DNA of 64,000 nt from Clostridiaceae bacterium (GCA_031549525.1 JAVBPQ010000060.1:6501-70500), one strand, 5' to 3'; shown: positions 47,384 to 57,559, numbered from the stretch's first letter. A program made the numbers and translations. The notes: generated by a model from the letters alone, not told the origin.

Positions 47384-48736
47384 TTAAATATTTAATAAAT
47401 TTTTCTTTATTGATTTATCTTTTACTTTTATGAAGTAAATATAGGAAAAAATGCTAGATATAAACATCATGCTGCCAGTTGCTATAAAAAATAAAGAGGA
47501 TATGTTATTCATTACTATAGTAGATTGAGGTTGATTTGGGATATATCCACTGATTTGCATAACAATTGGGCAAATACCTGTAGCAATTGCCATGCCGATT
47601 TTTGCTGCAAAACTTAAGGTTGCAAATAATTGAGCACTGATGTTGATTTTCATTTCTTCAATAACTACATCCACATAATAAGAAGATAATATATAGATTA
47701 AATTGGCTGGTAATGAGCTAAATATACCATAAAGTATGTTTCCAAATATAAAAAGAGGAAAAACGTTCTTAAAGAGAAACATTATCATAAGAGAAATTAT
47801 GCTAAAAAATGATCCTGCTATAATGCATATTTCTTTTTTTACAATTGAAATAAGTGATGGAATAATAAATTGCATAAGTAAGGATGCGCTAATACTTGAA
47901 AATATAAATATATTTAAGTAATTAGCTTTATCTATAACATAAGTAAGGTAATAAATAGACATAGAATCCTTAAAGGCGCAGCCAGTCCAAAAAGTTAAAT
48001 ATATTAAAATGAGCAAAGCTATTTCTTTATAATAAAACATGCTTTTTATAGTGATTCCTATTTTATATTCCTTTTGAGCATAAAAATATTGTTCTTTAAT
48101 ATTTTTACTTGCAAAGATGAACATAGGAACTGAAATTATTGAAAAAAAACTTGCTATTATAAAGTAACCCATTTGAGGGTCAGATTTAAAATATGAAATT
48201 ACAGGGCTTGTAAAAATACTAATTATGATTATAGATAAAATTGCAAAAAATATCCTTGTAGATACGATTTTAGCTCTATCATATGCATTTTTGGTTATAA
48301 AAGGGAGAAGAGCACCTGTTGTGGTATTTAAGATAGTATATAAAATTTCCCAAATTAAACACACGCTAAAGGCATAGAATATCTTTAATGTTGCATTTAA
48401 ATTAGGAGTAAAATACATCAAAGAAGAAAATAAAGCAAAAGGAACACAAAAAATAAGAAAGTTGATTCGATATTGTTTATTTTTTATATAAATGCGATTT
48501 AGAATAAAAGCTATAAATTGGTCATCTATAGCATCAAAGATTCTAAATATGAACATAAATATTGGAGTTATAAAAGTTGGCAATCTAAAAATATCAGTAA
48601 AAAAAAATAATTGAAAATAAGAATTAAAGTTTAGCGAAAAATTTGTTCCCATTTCAGAAAGTCCATATGCTATTTGTTCTTTTAACGTGATGTCTGAACG
48701 CATTTTTACTTTTAATTGTCTCATAGGTTTACACAT
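47384..48736 (-). CDS. MFS transporter (GPH-like)
   Basis: About 12 hydrophobic segments. N-terminal LKEQIAYGLSEMG resembles GPH family N-termini. The start codon is uncertain (three candidate Met codons). Confidence 0.65.
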   Translation of the reverse strand: MCKPMRQLKVKMRSDITLKEQIAYGLSEMGTNFSLNFNSYFQLFFFTDIFRLPTFITPIFMFIFRIFDAIDDQFIAFILNRIYIKNKQYRINFLIFCVPFALFSSLMYFTPNLNATLKIFYAFSVCLIWEILYTILNTTTGALLPFITKNAYDRAKIVSTRIFFAILSIIIISIFTSPVISYFKSDPQMGYFIIASFFSIISVPMFIFASKNIKEQYFYAQKEYKIGITIKSMFYYKEIALLILIYLTFWTGCAFKDSMSIYYLTYVIDKANYLNIFIFSSISASLLMQFIIPSLISIVKKEICIIAGSFFSIISLMIMFLFKNVFPLFIFGNILYGIFSSLPANLIYILSSYYVDVVIEEMKINISAQLFATLSFAAKIGMAIATGICPIVMQISGYIPNQPQSTIVMNNISSLFFIATGSMMFISSIFSYIYFIKVKDKSIKKNLLNI

Positions 48737-49020
48737 TACACCTCAATTTCTATGGTTAAATAATCATAATGTTAAAGCTGAGCCACTTACCCAAACTATT
48801 TTCTTTATGATTATAGTAATTTATAAACTATGTAAAAACAATTGTTTTACTTCGACCGTTTTCCGATGGTAGCTTATATAACTATCGATATTTTATAAAT
48901 ACTTTTAAAGGGGATAAAGGAGGAAGCACATTTTCATTTAAGGTTATTGACATATAATTTTAGCTATTTGTTTACAATTGATTTGTAGCATATGATAAAA
49001 TATATAGAGGTGAGATTTCT

Positions 49021-50151
49021 ATGCAACTTAACGATATAGTACAGATAATATTCGAAAAGACAAACGAAGAAATAAAAAATTTAAAACCTGCAAACATAAT
49101 GTTAACAGGTAAAACAGGGGTAGGAAAAAGCACTCTGATTAATAATGTATTTAGAGAAAACATAGCAAGGACTGGAATAGGTTCTCCTGTTACAGAGCAT
49201 ATTAAAAAGTTATCAAAAGAGGGAGTCCCTGTTAATCTTTTTGATACAAAGGGTATAGAGCTTTCCTATGAATCTCAGGAAATTGTTAAAAATGAGATAA
49301 TGCATGAAATAAACAAGATGAATTCTTCCTCAAATATTGAAGATAGGCTCCATATGATGTGGTATATTATAAATTCTAATTCAAACAGAATAGAAAGTTT
49401 TGAAATAGAATGGATAAAATCATTCTCTAAGATTGTACCTATTATTGTTGTCTTATCTCAGAGCATTCACGAAGAAAACTCCAAAGAATTAGAGTCTTAT
49501 ATTGACAATTTAAATTTAGATATTAAAGGCATTATAAGGGTTGTAGCTGAGGAATATAATTTTAAAGGATTTTCAATTACACAATCTGGTCTTAAGGAGC
49601 TTGTTTCTTTAACATATGATATTTTACCAAAGGATATGAAACGGTCTTTTAACAATGCCCAGAAAGCTTATATAGAAAAGAAAGCCGAAGAAGCTACTAG
49701 ATGGGCATTAACTTACATAGGATCTACTTTTATGATAGGCTTTACCCCTATTCCTTTTGCGGATGCACCCCTTCTTGCAGCATCTCAAGCAGGAATGATT
49801 GCACATATCACAAGTATTTTTGGTGTTCATATAAATAAATCAATCATAACTGCATTGATATCATCTTTAGTTGGCATAAGCAGCGCTACTTTTGCAGGAA
49901 GAACGATAGTGTCAAATGTGCTTAAACTTATTCCAGGAGCTGGTATCATAATCGGAGGAACTATACAAGGTGGTACAGCTTCCATTATTACAACTGCTTT
50001 GGGACTTGCTTATATAAATCTTATGAAGCTTGTGGCTATGGCAGAGTACGAAAATAGAATTATTTCATTAGACACCATGAAAAAGTTTATGAAAGATGAT
50101 TTTCAGAAAAACTTGAAAGAAATATTAAGGAAGAAGAAGAAAAAAGATTAA
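49021..50151 (+). CDS. GTPase domain protein with a C-terminal DUF697-like membrane-associated domain
   Basis: P-loop GKTGVGKSTLIN and G3 DTKGIE. The C-terminal part has TPIPFADAPLLAASQAGMIAHITSIFG and Gly-rich hydrophobic segments. Confidence 0.55.
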   Translation: MQLNDIVQIIFEKTNEEIKNLKPANIMLTGKTGVGKSTLINNVFRENIARTGIGSPVTEHIKKLSKEGVPVNLFDTKGIELSYESQEIVKNEIMHEINKMNSSSNIEDRLHMMWYIINSNSNRIESFEIEWIKSFSKIVPIIVVLSQSIHEENSKELESYIDNLNLDIKGIIRVVAEEYNFKGFSITQSGLKELVSLTYDILPKDMKRSFNNAQKAYIEKKAEEATRWALTYIGSTFMIGFTPIPFADAPLLAASQAGMIAHITSIFGVHINKSIITALISSLVGISSATFAGRTIVSNVLKLIPGAGIIIGGTIQGGTASIITTALGLAYINLMKLVAMAEYENRIISLDTMKKFMKDDFQKNLKEILRKKKKKD

Positions 50152-50167
50152 ACTTATAAAATAATGA

Positions 50168-50205
50168 AAAGGTGTAGATTATCTATTTTCCACACCTTTT
50201 ATTTT
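50168..50205. terminator. terminator between the GTPase gene and speE
   Basis: AAAGGTGT / ACACCTTT stem followed by TTTTATTTT. Confidence 0.5.
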
Positions 50206-51040
50206 ACATGCCGTCTATTAGATCTTTTATATATTGAGGCAAAACAAAGCATGCCCCATGGAGTTCTTTGTTATAATATTTAGTTTTAAATATTTCTTTG
50301 CCTTCTAAGTTTAGTTTTTGAGGATCATATTTTTTACTTCCTATTGTAAAACTCCAATATCCTGTAGGATAGGTGGGGATGCCTGCCATAAATATTTTAG
50401 TTATTGGAAAGGCATTTTTGGCATCATCAAATATTTTTTTAACTAAATCAGGGAATAAAAATGGAGTCTCTGTTTGGGCAATAAATATTCCATCTTCTTT
50501 AAGGCATTCAAATATAGCCTCATAAAAGCTTCTGCCAAAGAGGTTCTCTCCAATTGAAAAGGGATCTGTAGAATCCACAATTATAACATCAAATTCATCC
50601 TTATGATCCATTACATATTTTAATCCATCACCGATGAAAATTTCACAGCGAGGATCAGAAAGAGAGCAGCTTATTTCTTTAAGGTATTCTTTGGAATATG
50701 AAATAACATCTTCATCTATCTCACAGAGCACAGCCTTTTCTATATTAGGATGTCTTAATATTTCTCGTATGGAACCTCCATCTCCTCCTCCAACAACTAA
50801 GACTTTTTTTGGATTTTTATGAGCATAGAGAGGGATATGAGTTATCATTTCATGATAGATAAATTCATCTTTAATAGTAGTTTGAACAATTCCATCTAGA
50901 AGAAGAATTCTTCCAAAAATCTCTGTATCTACAATAGCTAAATCTTGATATTTAGTTTTTTTTCTTACTAAGGTTTCTTTTATCTTGTATGTCATGGCAG
51001 CATCAGGTGATTGAGATTCTTTTAACCACAAATCTAGCAT
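50204..51040 (-). CDS. speE: spermidine synthase
   Basis: LLLDG..Q....DEFIYHEM..H and VLVVGGGDGG..REILRH motifs. Confidence 0.85.
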   Translation of the reverse strand: MLDLWLKESQSPDAAMTYKIKETLVRKKTKYQDLAIVDTEIFGRILLLDGIVQTTIKDEFIYHEMITHIPLYAHKNPKKVLVVGGGDGGSIREILRHPNIEKAVLCEIDEDVISYSKEYLKEISCSLSDPRCEIFIGDGLKYVMDHKDEFDVIIVDSTDPFSIGENLFGRSFYEAIFECLKEDGIFIAQTETPFLFPDLVKKIFDDAKNAFPITKIFMAGIPTYPTGYWSFTIGSKKYDPQKLNLEGKEIFKTKYYNKELHGACFVLPQYIKDLIDGM

Positions 51041-51136
51041 AATATGCCTCCTTTAAATATTTACTTTTTATTATATCAATTATGAATAGTACTATCAATG
51101 TAGGTTAATATTAATACTAAATTAACTAGTATAATA

Positions 51137-51163
51137 GAAGGAATTAATTGTAAAATGTAGAAT
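51137..51163 (+). promoter_or_regulatory. candidate sigma-H type promoter of the spoIIA operon
   Basis: GAAGGAATT, an 11-nt spacer, then GTAGAAT fits the RNAGGAWWW-N11/12-RNNGAAT consensus. It lies about 40 nt before spoIIAA. Confidence 0.45.
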
Positions 51164-51203
51164 AATTATACAATATACACATCCAACTAGGTAGGTGAAA
51201 CTT

Positions 51204-51548
51204 ATGGAATTAAGTTATGAAAGAAAGAATAAAATATTAATAGTAAGGTTATTAGGGGAATTAGATCATCATAGTGCAGAGGAAATAAGGGTTAAAATAG
51301 ATAGTCTGCTTGACACCTATGATATAAGTACTCTTATTTTGGATTTTAAAAATGTGACCTTTATGGATAGTTCAGGTATTGGTGTTGTGATTGGAAGGCA
51401 TAAAAAACTTCAGGCAAAAAATGGTGATACTGCTCTTGTTAATATTCCAAATAGAGCTAAAACCATATTTGATTTATCAGGAGTTTTTAAAATAGTTAAA
51501 TATTATAATAATTTAGATAAAGCGATGAAGGCACTGGGAGGGGTATAA
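51204..51548 (+). CDS. spoIIAA: anti-sigma F factor antagonist SpoIIAA
   Basis: STAS domain: LLGELDHHSAEEIR and the FMDSSGIGVVIG phospho-Ser motif. The ATG is 5-6 nt after the AGGTAGGTGA RBS; the track begins at GTG 51195. Confidence 0.85.
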   Translation: MELSYERKNKILIVRLLGELDHHSAEEIRVKIDSLLDTYDISTLILDFKNVTFMDSSGIGVVIGRHKKLQAKNGDTALVNIPNRAKTIFDLSGVFKIVKYYNNLDKAMKALGGV

Positions 51549-52072
51549 TGAAAACTGATAAAGCCAATATGACTAATAATGATGAAAGATCTATGGGGAT
51601 AGTTTCACCTGAGGAGAGCTATTCCATAAAAGAAAAAGGTATAAATGTAAATAGTATGAAGATAGAATTTTTGGCAAAATCCTGTAATGAGAATTTTGCT
51701 AGAGTTGCAGTAGCTGCTTTTGTTTCCCAATTAGACCCTACGATAGATGAAATCTCAGACATTAAAACTGCATTATCTGAAGCAGTAACAAATGCGATAA
51801 TACATGCTTATAACGAAAATCCTGAAGAAAAAGTGTATATAGAGACTGAAATATTTGAAAATGATGTAAAATTATCTGTTGAAGATTTTGGATGCGGCAT
51901 TGAAAATATTGAGGAAGCAAGAAAACCACTTTATACATCAAGGGCAGATCTGGAAAGATCTGGATTGGGATTTACAGTAATGGAAACATTTATGGATAAA
52001 GTTGAAGTTTATTCTGAAAAGGGGAAAGGCACTAAAGTTATCATGTATAAAACCTTAAATTCAGTGAAATAG
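51548..52072 (+). CDS. spoIIAB: anti-sigma F factor SpoIIAB (serine kinase), with about 36 additional N-terminal residues if the coupled start is used
   Basis: N-box EAVTNAIIHAY and G-boxes DFGCGI and GLGFTVM. The ATG overlaps the spoIIAA stop (TAATG). Confidence 0.8.
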   Translation: MKTDKANMTNNDERSMGIVSPEESYSIKEKGINVNSMKIEFLAKSCNENFARVAVAAFVSQLDPTIDEISDIKTALSEAVTNAIIHAYNENPEEKVYIETEIFENDVKLSVEDFGCGIENIEEARKPLYTSRADLERSGLGFTVMETFMDKVEVYSEKGKGTKVIMYKTLNSVK

Positions 52073-52080
52073 GTGGATTA

Positions 52081-52836
52081 ATGGGGGATAATGAAAAAAG
52101 AAAAGATAGTTTCCATTACGAAGATAATCTTGAGTTATTAAAGAAAGCAAAAGATGGAGATGAAACCGCTTTAAACATTTTAATAGAGCTTAATATGCCG
52201 CTTGTTACAAATATAAGCAAGAAATTTTTAAACCGTGGATATGATTATGATGATATATTTCAAATAGGATGTATTGGTCTTGTAAAAGCAGTAAAAAATT
52301 TCAATTTTGAGTTTAATGTTAAATTTTCAACTTATGCTGTTCCTATGATAATAGGTGAAATAAAGAGGTTTTTAAGAGACGATGGCATGATAAAAGTTTC
52401 AAGGAGCATAAAACTTTCTGCAAGAAAAATACAGCTTGCAAAGGATGAATTATCAAAGAAGTTAGGTAGAGAGCCTACTGTTAACGAGATATCAGAATAT
52501 TCTGATATGCCTTGTGAAGAAATATTAGATGCAATAGATAGCATGAATAACATTCAATATCTTTATGATGTGGTGCACCAGGACGATGGAAGCCCAGTGC
52601 TTTTAATAGATAGAATAAGTGAAAATGTAACAGATGATAAGGAATTTATAGACAAGATAGCCTTAAAGGATATCCTAAATGCTTTAGATGCAAAATCAAG
52701 GCAAATAATACTCCTTAGATACTTTAAGGATAAAACACAAGTTCAAGTTGCAGAGATGCTTGGTATAAGCCAGGTACAAGTTTCTAGAATAGAAAAAAAA
52801 GTTTTAAAATCATTAAAAAATAAGTTAATTGGATAA
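52081..52836 (+). CDS. sigF: sporulation sigma factor SigF
   Basis: Region 2 (DDIFQIGCIGLVKAVKNF, FSTYAVPMIIGEIKRFLRD) and region 4.2 (TQVQVAEMLGISQVQVSRIEKK). It is the third gene of the spoIIA operon. Confidence 0.9.
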   Translation: MGDNEKRKDSFHYEDNLELLKKAKDGDETALNILIELNMPLVTNISKKFLNRGYDYDDIFQIGCIGLVKAVKNFNFEFNVKFSTYAVPMIIGEIKRFLRDDGMIKVSRSIKLSARKIQLAKDELSKKLGREPTVNEISEYSDMPCEEILDAIDSMNNIQYLYDVVHQDDGSPVLLIDRISENVTDDKEFIDKIALKDILNALDAKSRQIILLRYFKDKTQVQVAEMLGISQVQVSRIEKKVLKSLKNKLIG

Positions 52837-52842
52837 TAAATT

Positions 52843-52868
52843 GCCTGAGTTATAATCGGGCTTTTTTT
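52843..52868 (+). terminator. intrinsic terminator after sigF
   Basis: GCCTGA / TCGGGC stem followed by TTTTTTT. Confidence 0.65.
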
Positions 52869-52936
52869 ATTGTTTTTTGTAAATTATAAATAAAAAAATA
52901 AAAAATGCAAAAACTAAAAATTATAGGAGGTGTAAA

Positions 52937-53380
52937 ATGGAAAAGTTCACAAAGAACAATTATAAGGATATTGTTGATAAGAAACAAGTAAATACTAAAG
53001 TTGCATCAAACGCTATTACATCCTTTGTAGTTGGTGGAACAATCTGTACTGTAGCTCAGATAATAAATAACATATTTGTAAATATGCAAATTGAAAAAGA
53101 AGTAGCATCTACATGGACTGTCATAGTGATGGTTTTTTTAGGAGCATTTTTTACAGGCATTGGTGTATATGATAAATGGGCAAAATATGCAGGTGCAGGT
53201 ACTATAGTACCTATAACAGGTTTTTCAAATTCCATATCATCTGCTGCAATAGAATTTAAGAGTGAAGGTTATATTCTAGGAGTTGGAGCAAGGATATTTT
53301 TAATCGCAGGACCTGTTATAACCTATGGTGTTGCAAGCTCTGTAATTATTGGAATAATATATTACTTTTTTACGAGGTGA
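52937..53380 (+). CDS. spoVAC: stage V sporulation protein AC
   Basis: 147-aa membrane protein; AFVVGG.IC..AQ and G.GA.VP.TGF.N motifs. Confidence 0.8.
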   Translation: MEKFTKNNYKDIVDKKQVNTKVASNAITSFVVGGTICTVAQIINNIFVNMQIEKEVASTWTVIVMVFLGAFFTGIGVYDKWAKYAGAGTIVPITGFSNSISSAAIEFKSEGYILGVGARIFLIAGPVITYGVASSVIIGIIYYFFTR

Positions 53381-53385
53381 TTTAA

Positions 53386-54396
53386 TTGGGAAAGAGAATA
53401 GGAAAGCACACAGTTTCATTTGACAATAGTCCTAAGATAATATCATCTTATTCTGTAGTTGGACCTAAAGAAGGAGAGGGACCTCTTTCTAAATATTTTG
53501 ATAGGATTTTAGTTGATGATTTAAATGGTGAGGAGAGCTTTGAAAAAGCAGAGTCAAGTCTTCAGAAAATTTCTATAGATGGAGTTTTAAATAGAAGCAA
53601 ATTAAGTGAAAAAAATATAGATTATTTAATTTCAGGAGATTTACTAAATCAGCTTTCTTCTTCCCATTTTGCAGCAAGAGATTTTAAAATACCATATATG
53701 GGAGTATATGGTGCATGTTCTACTATGACTGAATCTTTGAGCATAGGCGCTATGTTGTTTGATGGTAATTTCGGAAAAAATATTATATGTACCACATCAT
53801 CTCATTTTTCCTCTGCTGAACGGCAATATAGATTTCCTTTAGAATTTGGAAGTCAAAGAAAGGAAATATCCCAATGGACTGTAACAGGTTCTGGAAGTTT
53901 TTTAATTGGAAATGGTGAAAACTTGCCTGAGATAACTTATGTTACCACAGGATGTATTGAAGATTATGGAATAAAAGATGCTGACAATATGGGTGCTGCA
54001 ATGGCTCCAGCTGCAGCAATAACCCTTAAAAGGCACTTTGAGGAAACAAATAGAGATCCTAGCTACTATGATATAATAATAACAGGAGATTTGGGTCATT
54101 TTGGAATACAGATGTGCAGAGAATTTATAAAAGATTTAGGGTTTACATTAGGGAATAATTATAATGATTGCGGAGTTTTAATTTTTGATAAAGAAAGCCA
54201 AGGAACAAACAGTGGAGGTTCAGGATGTGGTTGTTCTGCGTCAGTTTTTACTTCTTATATATATAAAAACATGCTTGCAGGAGAGATCAATAAAGCGTTG
54301 ATAATGTCAACTGGAGCTCTTTTAAACCCAACTTCTACACTTCAAGGTGAAAGCATTCCTTGTATTGCACATGCAGTAGCGATCGAAAATAAATGA
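53386..54396 (+). CDS. spoVAD: stage V sporulation protein AD
   Basis: 336 aa, thiolase-like fold. GVYGACST and GGSGCGCSA motifs. TTG start behind GAGGTGA. Confidence 0.85.
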   Translation: MGKRIGKHTVSFDNSPKIISSYSVVGPKEGEGPLSKYFDRILVDDLNGEESFEKAESSLQKISIDGVLNRSKLSEKNIDYLISGDLLNQLSSSHFAARDFKIPYMGVYGACSTMTESLSIGAMLFDGNFGKNIICTTSSHFSSAERQYRFPLEFGSQRKEISQWTVTGSGSFLIGNGENLPEITYVTTGCIEDYGIKDADNMGAAMAPAAAITLKRHFEETNRDPSYYDIIITGDLGHFGIQMCREFIKDLGFTLGNNYNDCGVLIFDKESQGTNSGGSGCGCSASVFTSYIYKNMLAGEINKALIMSTGALLNPTSTLQGESIPCIAHAVAIENK

Positions 54397-54415
54397 CTAT
54401 TCAGGAGGATATTTT

Positions 54416-54772
54416 ATGGATTATATAATTGTCTTTATAGTAGGAGGAGCTTTTTGTTTAGTCACTCAATTGATAATGGATTTTACAAAGATACCTCCTG
54501 CAAAAATACTGGTTTTATATGTAGTTGCTGGAGCAGTTTTAGGTGCAATTGGAGTATATAAACCGCTTGTAGAGTTTGGTAAAATGGGAGCTTCTATTCC
54601 TCTGCCAGGTTTTGGTTATTCTCTTATAAAATCAACATTTAAAGCAGTAGATAAAGATGGTCTTCTAGGAGCTTTTACAGGTGGGTTAACAGGCACAGCA
54701 GGAGGCATTGCAGCAGCGATTTCATTTGGGCTTTTCATGTCTTTATTTTTTAAACCTAAGACAAAAAATTGA
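54416..54772 (+). CDS. spoVAE: stage V sporulation protein AE (SpoVAEb)
   Basis: 118-aa membrane protein, paralogous in pattern to SpoVAC, placed directly after spoVAD. Confidence 0.8.
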   Translation: MDYIIVFIVGGAFCLVTQLIMDFTKIPPAKILVLYVVAGAVLGAIGVYKPLVEFGKMGASIPLPGFGYSLIKSTFKAVDKDGLLGAFTGGLTGTAGGIAAAISFGLFMSLFFKPKTKN

Positions 54773-54826
54773 TTCATTATGGATTTTGTTAAATTTTCTT
54801 TTAAAAGAAACTAAAACCTATATGGG

Positions 54827-55651
54827 CTATAAGCTCATATAGGTTTCTTTTAGCAAGATAGCATCTTTTTCCAAGATTGGACTTTCACATATTACACATC
54901 CTCTTACATCCATGTCTTTAAATGCTTTCATGCATTCTATATATTTAAAATCGCTCTCTAAAAAGGGAAGGTGATTTTTTTCACCTTTTAAACCATAATT
55001 TATACCAGAAATATGTGCATGAATATCTTTTAAAGCTTTTTCTCCTAAATTATCTTTTATATATAAGAGTATTGCCCTAAAGTCATCATAACTATTTAGA
55101 CATCCATTATATCTTGCATGAATATGTGAAAAATCTATGCATATACTGCATGTCTTAACTTCTTTAGAAAGAGCTACTAATTCTTTTAAATCACCAAATT
55201 GAGATTTTTTTCCTGTGGTTTCAAGCCTATAACAAACTCCTATATCAGGTAATTTTTTTAGATTATTTAAAATGTTTTTATATGTATTTTCTTTTGAAGA
55301 AGTTAAATAGAAACCTGGATGGAAAACCAAATTTGTTCCTAAAACCATCTGTAAAGCTTTTGCTCCATTTATTATTCTCTCTAGGGACTGCTTTTGTTTT
55401 TCTAAATCCTCTGCATTTAAATTTACAAAATAAGAACCATGGGCTGATATATAAAAATCATTTTCTTCTTTTGTCTTTAAAATTTCATCTTTGTTTTTAT
55501 ATGTAACATTTGTACTCTTTACAAAGGGAAGCTCCATTGCATCTAAGCCATAATCCTTCAAATATTTTATACCTGTTGAATAAGTAAATTTTTCTTCCCC
55601 ATCTCCAGATGGAATTCCTGAAATTCCAAATAAAAGCCTATCCACATACAT
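54827..55651 (-). CDS. endonuclease IV (Nfo) family TIM-barrel protein
   Basis: By eye, AHGSYFVNL, FHPG, RLETTGKKSQFG, CIDFSHIHA, HAHISG and ICESP align to the E. coli Nfo metal-ligand blocks. The start is ambiguous (ATG 55651 or GTG 55645). Confidence 0.6.
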   Translation of the reverse strand: MYVDRLLFGISGIPSGDGEEKFTYSTGIKYLKDYGLDAMELPFVKSTNVTYKNKDEILKTKEENDFYISAHGSYFVNLNAEDLEKQKQSLERIINGAKALQMVLGTNLVFHPGFYLTSSKENTYKNILNNLKKLPDIGVCYRLETTGKKSQFGDLKELVALSKEVKTCSICIDFSHIHARYNGCLNSYDDFRAILLYIKDNLGEKALKDIHAHISGINYGLKGEKNHLPFLESDFKYIECMKAFKDMDVRGCVICESPILEKDAILLKETYMSL

Positions 55652-55700
55652 ACCCCTTTACTATATAATATAACTAATATAGGATATTCTAACATAAAAA

Positions 55701-56618
55701 TTAGATTATTTTTGACAGTTCTACAGCAACTTCTGCCGCAAGTTTTGCATTGTTTAATACCAATTGGATATTTGCATCTAGGCTTTTATTTTCAGTTATA
55801 TCCTTAATTTGTGACAATAAAAAGGGAGTAGTTTCTTTTCCCTTTATATTTTTTTCTTTAGAAAGTTTCAAAGCTTTTTCAATGGAAGAGTTTATTTTAT
55901 CATAGTCCATGGAATATTCTTCAGGAATTGGATTTGCAATGACTACTCCTCCGTTTAATCCTAAACCCCATTTCACCTTTAACATCTTTGCAATTTCAAG
56001 GGGAGATTTTGCTTCATAATCTAGGTTAAATCCGCTTTTTCTTGTATAAAAAGCAGGTAATTCTTTGGTTTTATATCCTATAACAGGAACACCTAAAGTT
56101 TCTAAATATTCTAAAGTAAGCCCTAAATCTAATATGGATTTTGCTCCTGCACATATCACTGCTACATCTGTTTTAGAGAGTTCATTTAAATCATTTGATA
56201 TATCAAATGATTTTTCAGCTTCCCTATGAACGCCTCCAATTCCACCTGTTGCAAAGAGCTTTATTTTAGCAAGACTTGCAATTCTCATAGTAGATGATAC
56301 AGTAGTTGCTCCATTTAAATTGTTTGCTACAACAAATGGAATGTCCCTTATAGAAACCTTTAAAATATCTTTAGACTTTCCTAAAAATTCAATCTCTTCA
56401 TAGCTTAAACCCACTTTTAGCTTTCCGTTTATGATTGCTATAGTAGCAGGGGTTGCGCCATTATCTTTTACTACTTTCTCAAGCCTTAAAGCTGTTTGAA
56501 CATTTTCAGGATATGGCATACCATGAGATATTATTGTAGATTCAAGGGCTACCACTGGTTTGTTGTTTTTTATGGCAAAATTAACCTCCTCTTTAATATT
56601 CAAATAATCTATTATCAT
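55701..56618 (-). CDS. psuG: pseudouridine-5'-phosphate glycosidase
   Basis: VALESTIISHGMPYPEN motif and a size of about 305 aa. Confidence 0.85.
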   Translation of the reverse strand: MIIDYLNIKEEVNFAIKNNKPVVALESTIISHGMPYPENVQTALRLEKVVKDNGATPATIAIINGKLKVGLSYEEIEFLGKSKDILKVSIRDIPFVVANNLNGATTVSSTMRIASLAKIKLFATGGIGGVHREAEKSFDISNDLNELSKTDVAVICAGAKSILDLGLTLEYLETLGVPVIGYKTKELPAFYTRKSGFNLDYEAKSPLEIAKMLKVKWGLGLNGGVVIANPIPEEYSMDYDKINSSIEKALKLSKEKNIKGKETTPFLLSQIKDITENKSLDANIQLVLNNAKLAAEVAVELSKII

Positions 56619-57559
56619 ATATTTTTATTTTCCTCCAATATCTTGATCTTATCTTTTATTTTTGAAACTGATAACATAGGATTTATAGTATCTTCATGCG
56701 ATAAAGCAAGAAGTGATGATGCAGTTGCAAATTTTGCAGTGTAATTTATGTCAAAATTATTTACATAACCATATACCAAAGCTGCTACAAAGGCATCGCC
56801 AGCTCCTGTTACATTTACTATATTTGTATATGTTTTTTTAATAAATCCATTTGAGCTTCCATTGCTATAAAATAATCCATCTTCACCAAGGGTTATAAAG
56901 ATTCTCTTAATACCTTTATTTAAAAAGTATTCTTCAATCCTTTTTATATCATCTTTGTCTTTAATCTCTATACCAGTTAATATCTCGCATTCCAATTTAT
57001 TTGGTTTTATAGTGTGAAACCTGCCTATTATATCTTTTACTTTAGTAGCTTTTTTTGTTGAGACTGTGTCAAGAAAAAATACCATTTTAGAAAATTTTGA
57101 TGTTATGTGGTCTAAAGCTTCAAAAGAGAGGTTTGTATCTAAAACAGTGAGTAAGGAATTTTCAATGACCTTACTTTTTTTGTCTATAAAATCTGTTGTA
57201 ATATTTTCAAGTATATCCATATAAGAAATGGCAACAGCCATTTCGCCTGATTCATTTAATATGGATAAGTAGGTAGAAGTAGGTTTGTCTTCTATTATCA
57301 ATGAATGAGAAAAATCAATGCCTCCTAATTCTCCTTCCTTTAAAATTTTTTTTCCATAAAGATCATCACCTATAGCAGTGATAAATTTTACATTTAAAGA
57401 AAGCCTCGATAGATTATCTGCAATATTTCGCCCAACTCCTCCTAAAGATGTCTTTATAACTCCAGGGTTTGAATCAGAAAATTTTAATTTTTCATAAGGA
57501 AAACCTTGAATGTCTATAGTTGCACCACCAACTACAAGTATATATTTATCATCAAACAT
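56615..57559 (-). CDS. psuK: pseudouridine kinase (PfkB family)
   Basis: GGVGRNIA and VTGAGDAF PfkB motifs. It is translationally coupled to psuG (4-nt overlap). Confidence 0.75.
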   Translation of the reverse strand: MFDDKYILVVGGATIDIQGFPYEKLKFSDSNPGVIKTSLGGVGRNIADNLSRLSLNVKFITAIGDDLYGKKILKEGELGGIDFSHSLIIEDKPTSTYLSILNESGEMAVAISYMDILENITTDFIDKKSKVIENSLLTVLDTNLSFEALDHITSKFSKMVFFLDTVSTKKATKVKDIIGRFHTIKPNKLECEILTGIEIKDKDDIKRIEEYFLNKGIKRIFITLGEDGLFYSNGSSNGFIKKTYTNIVNVTGAGDAFVAALVYGYVNNFDINYTAKFATASSLLALSHEDTINPMLSVSKIKDKIKILEENKNI

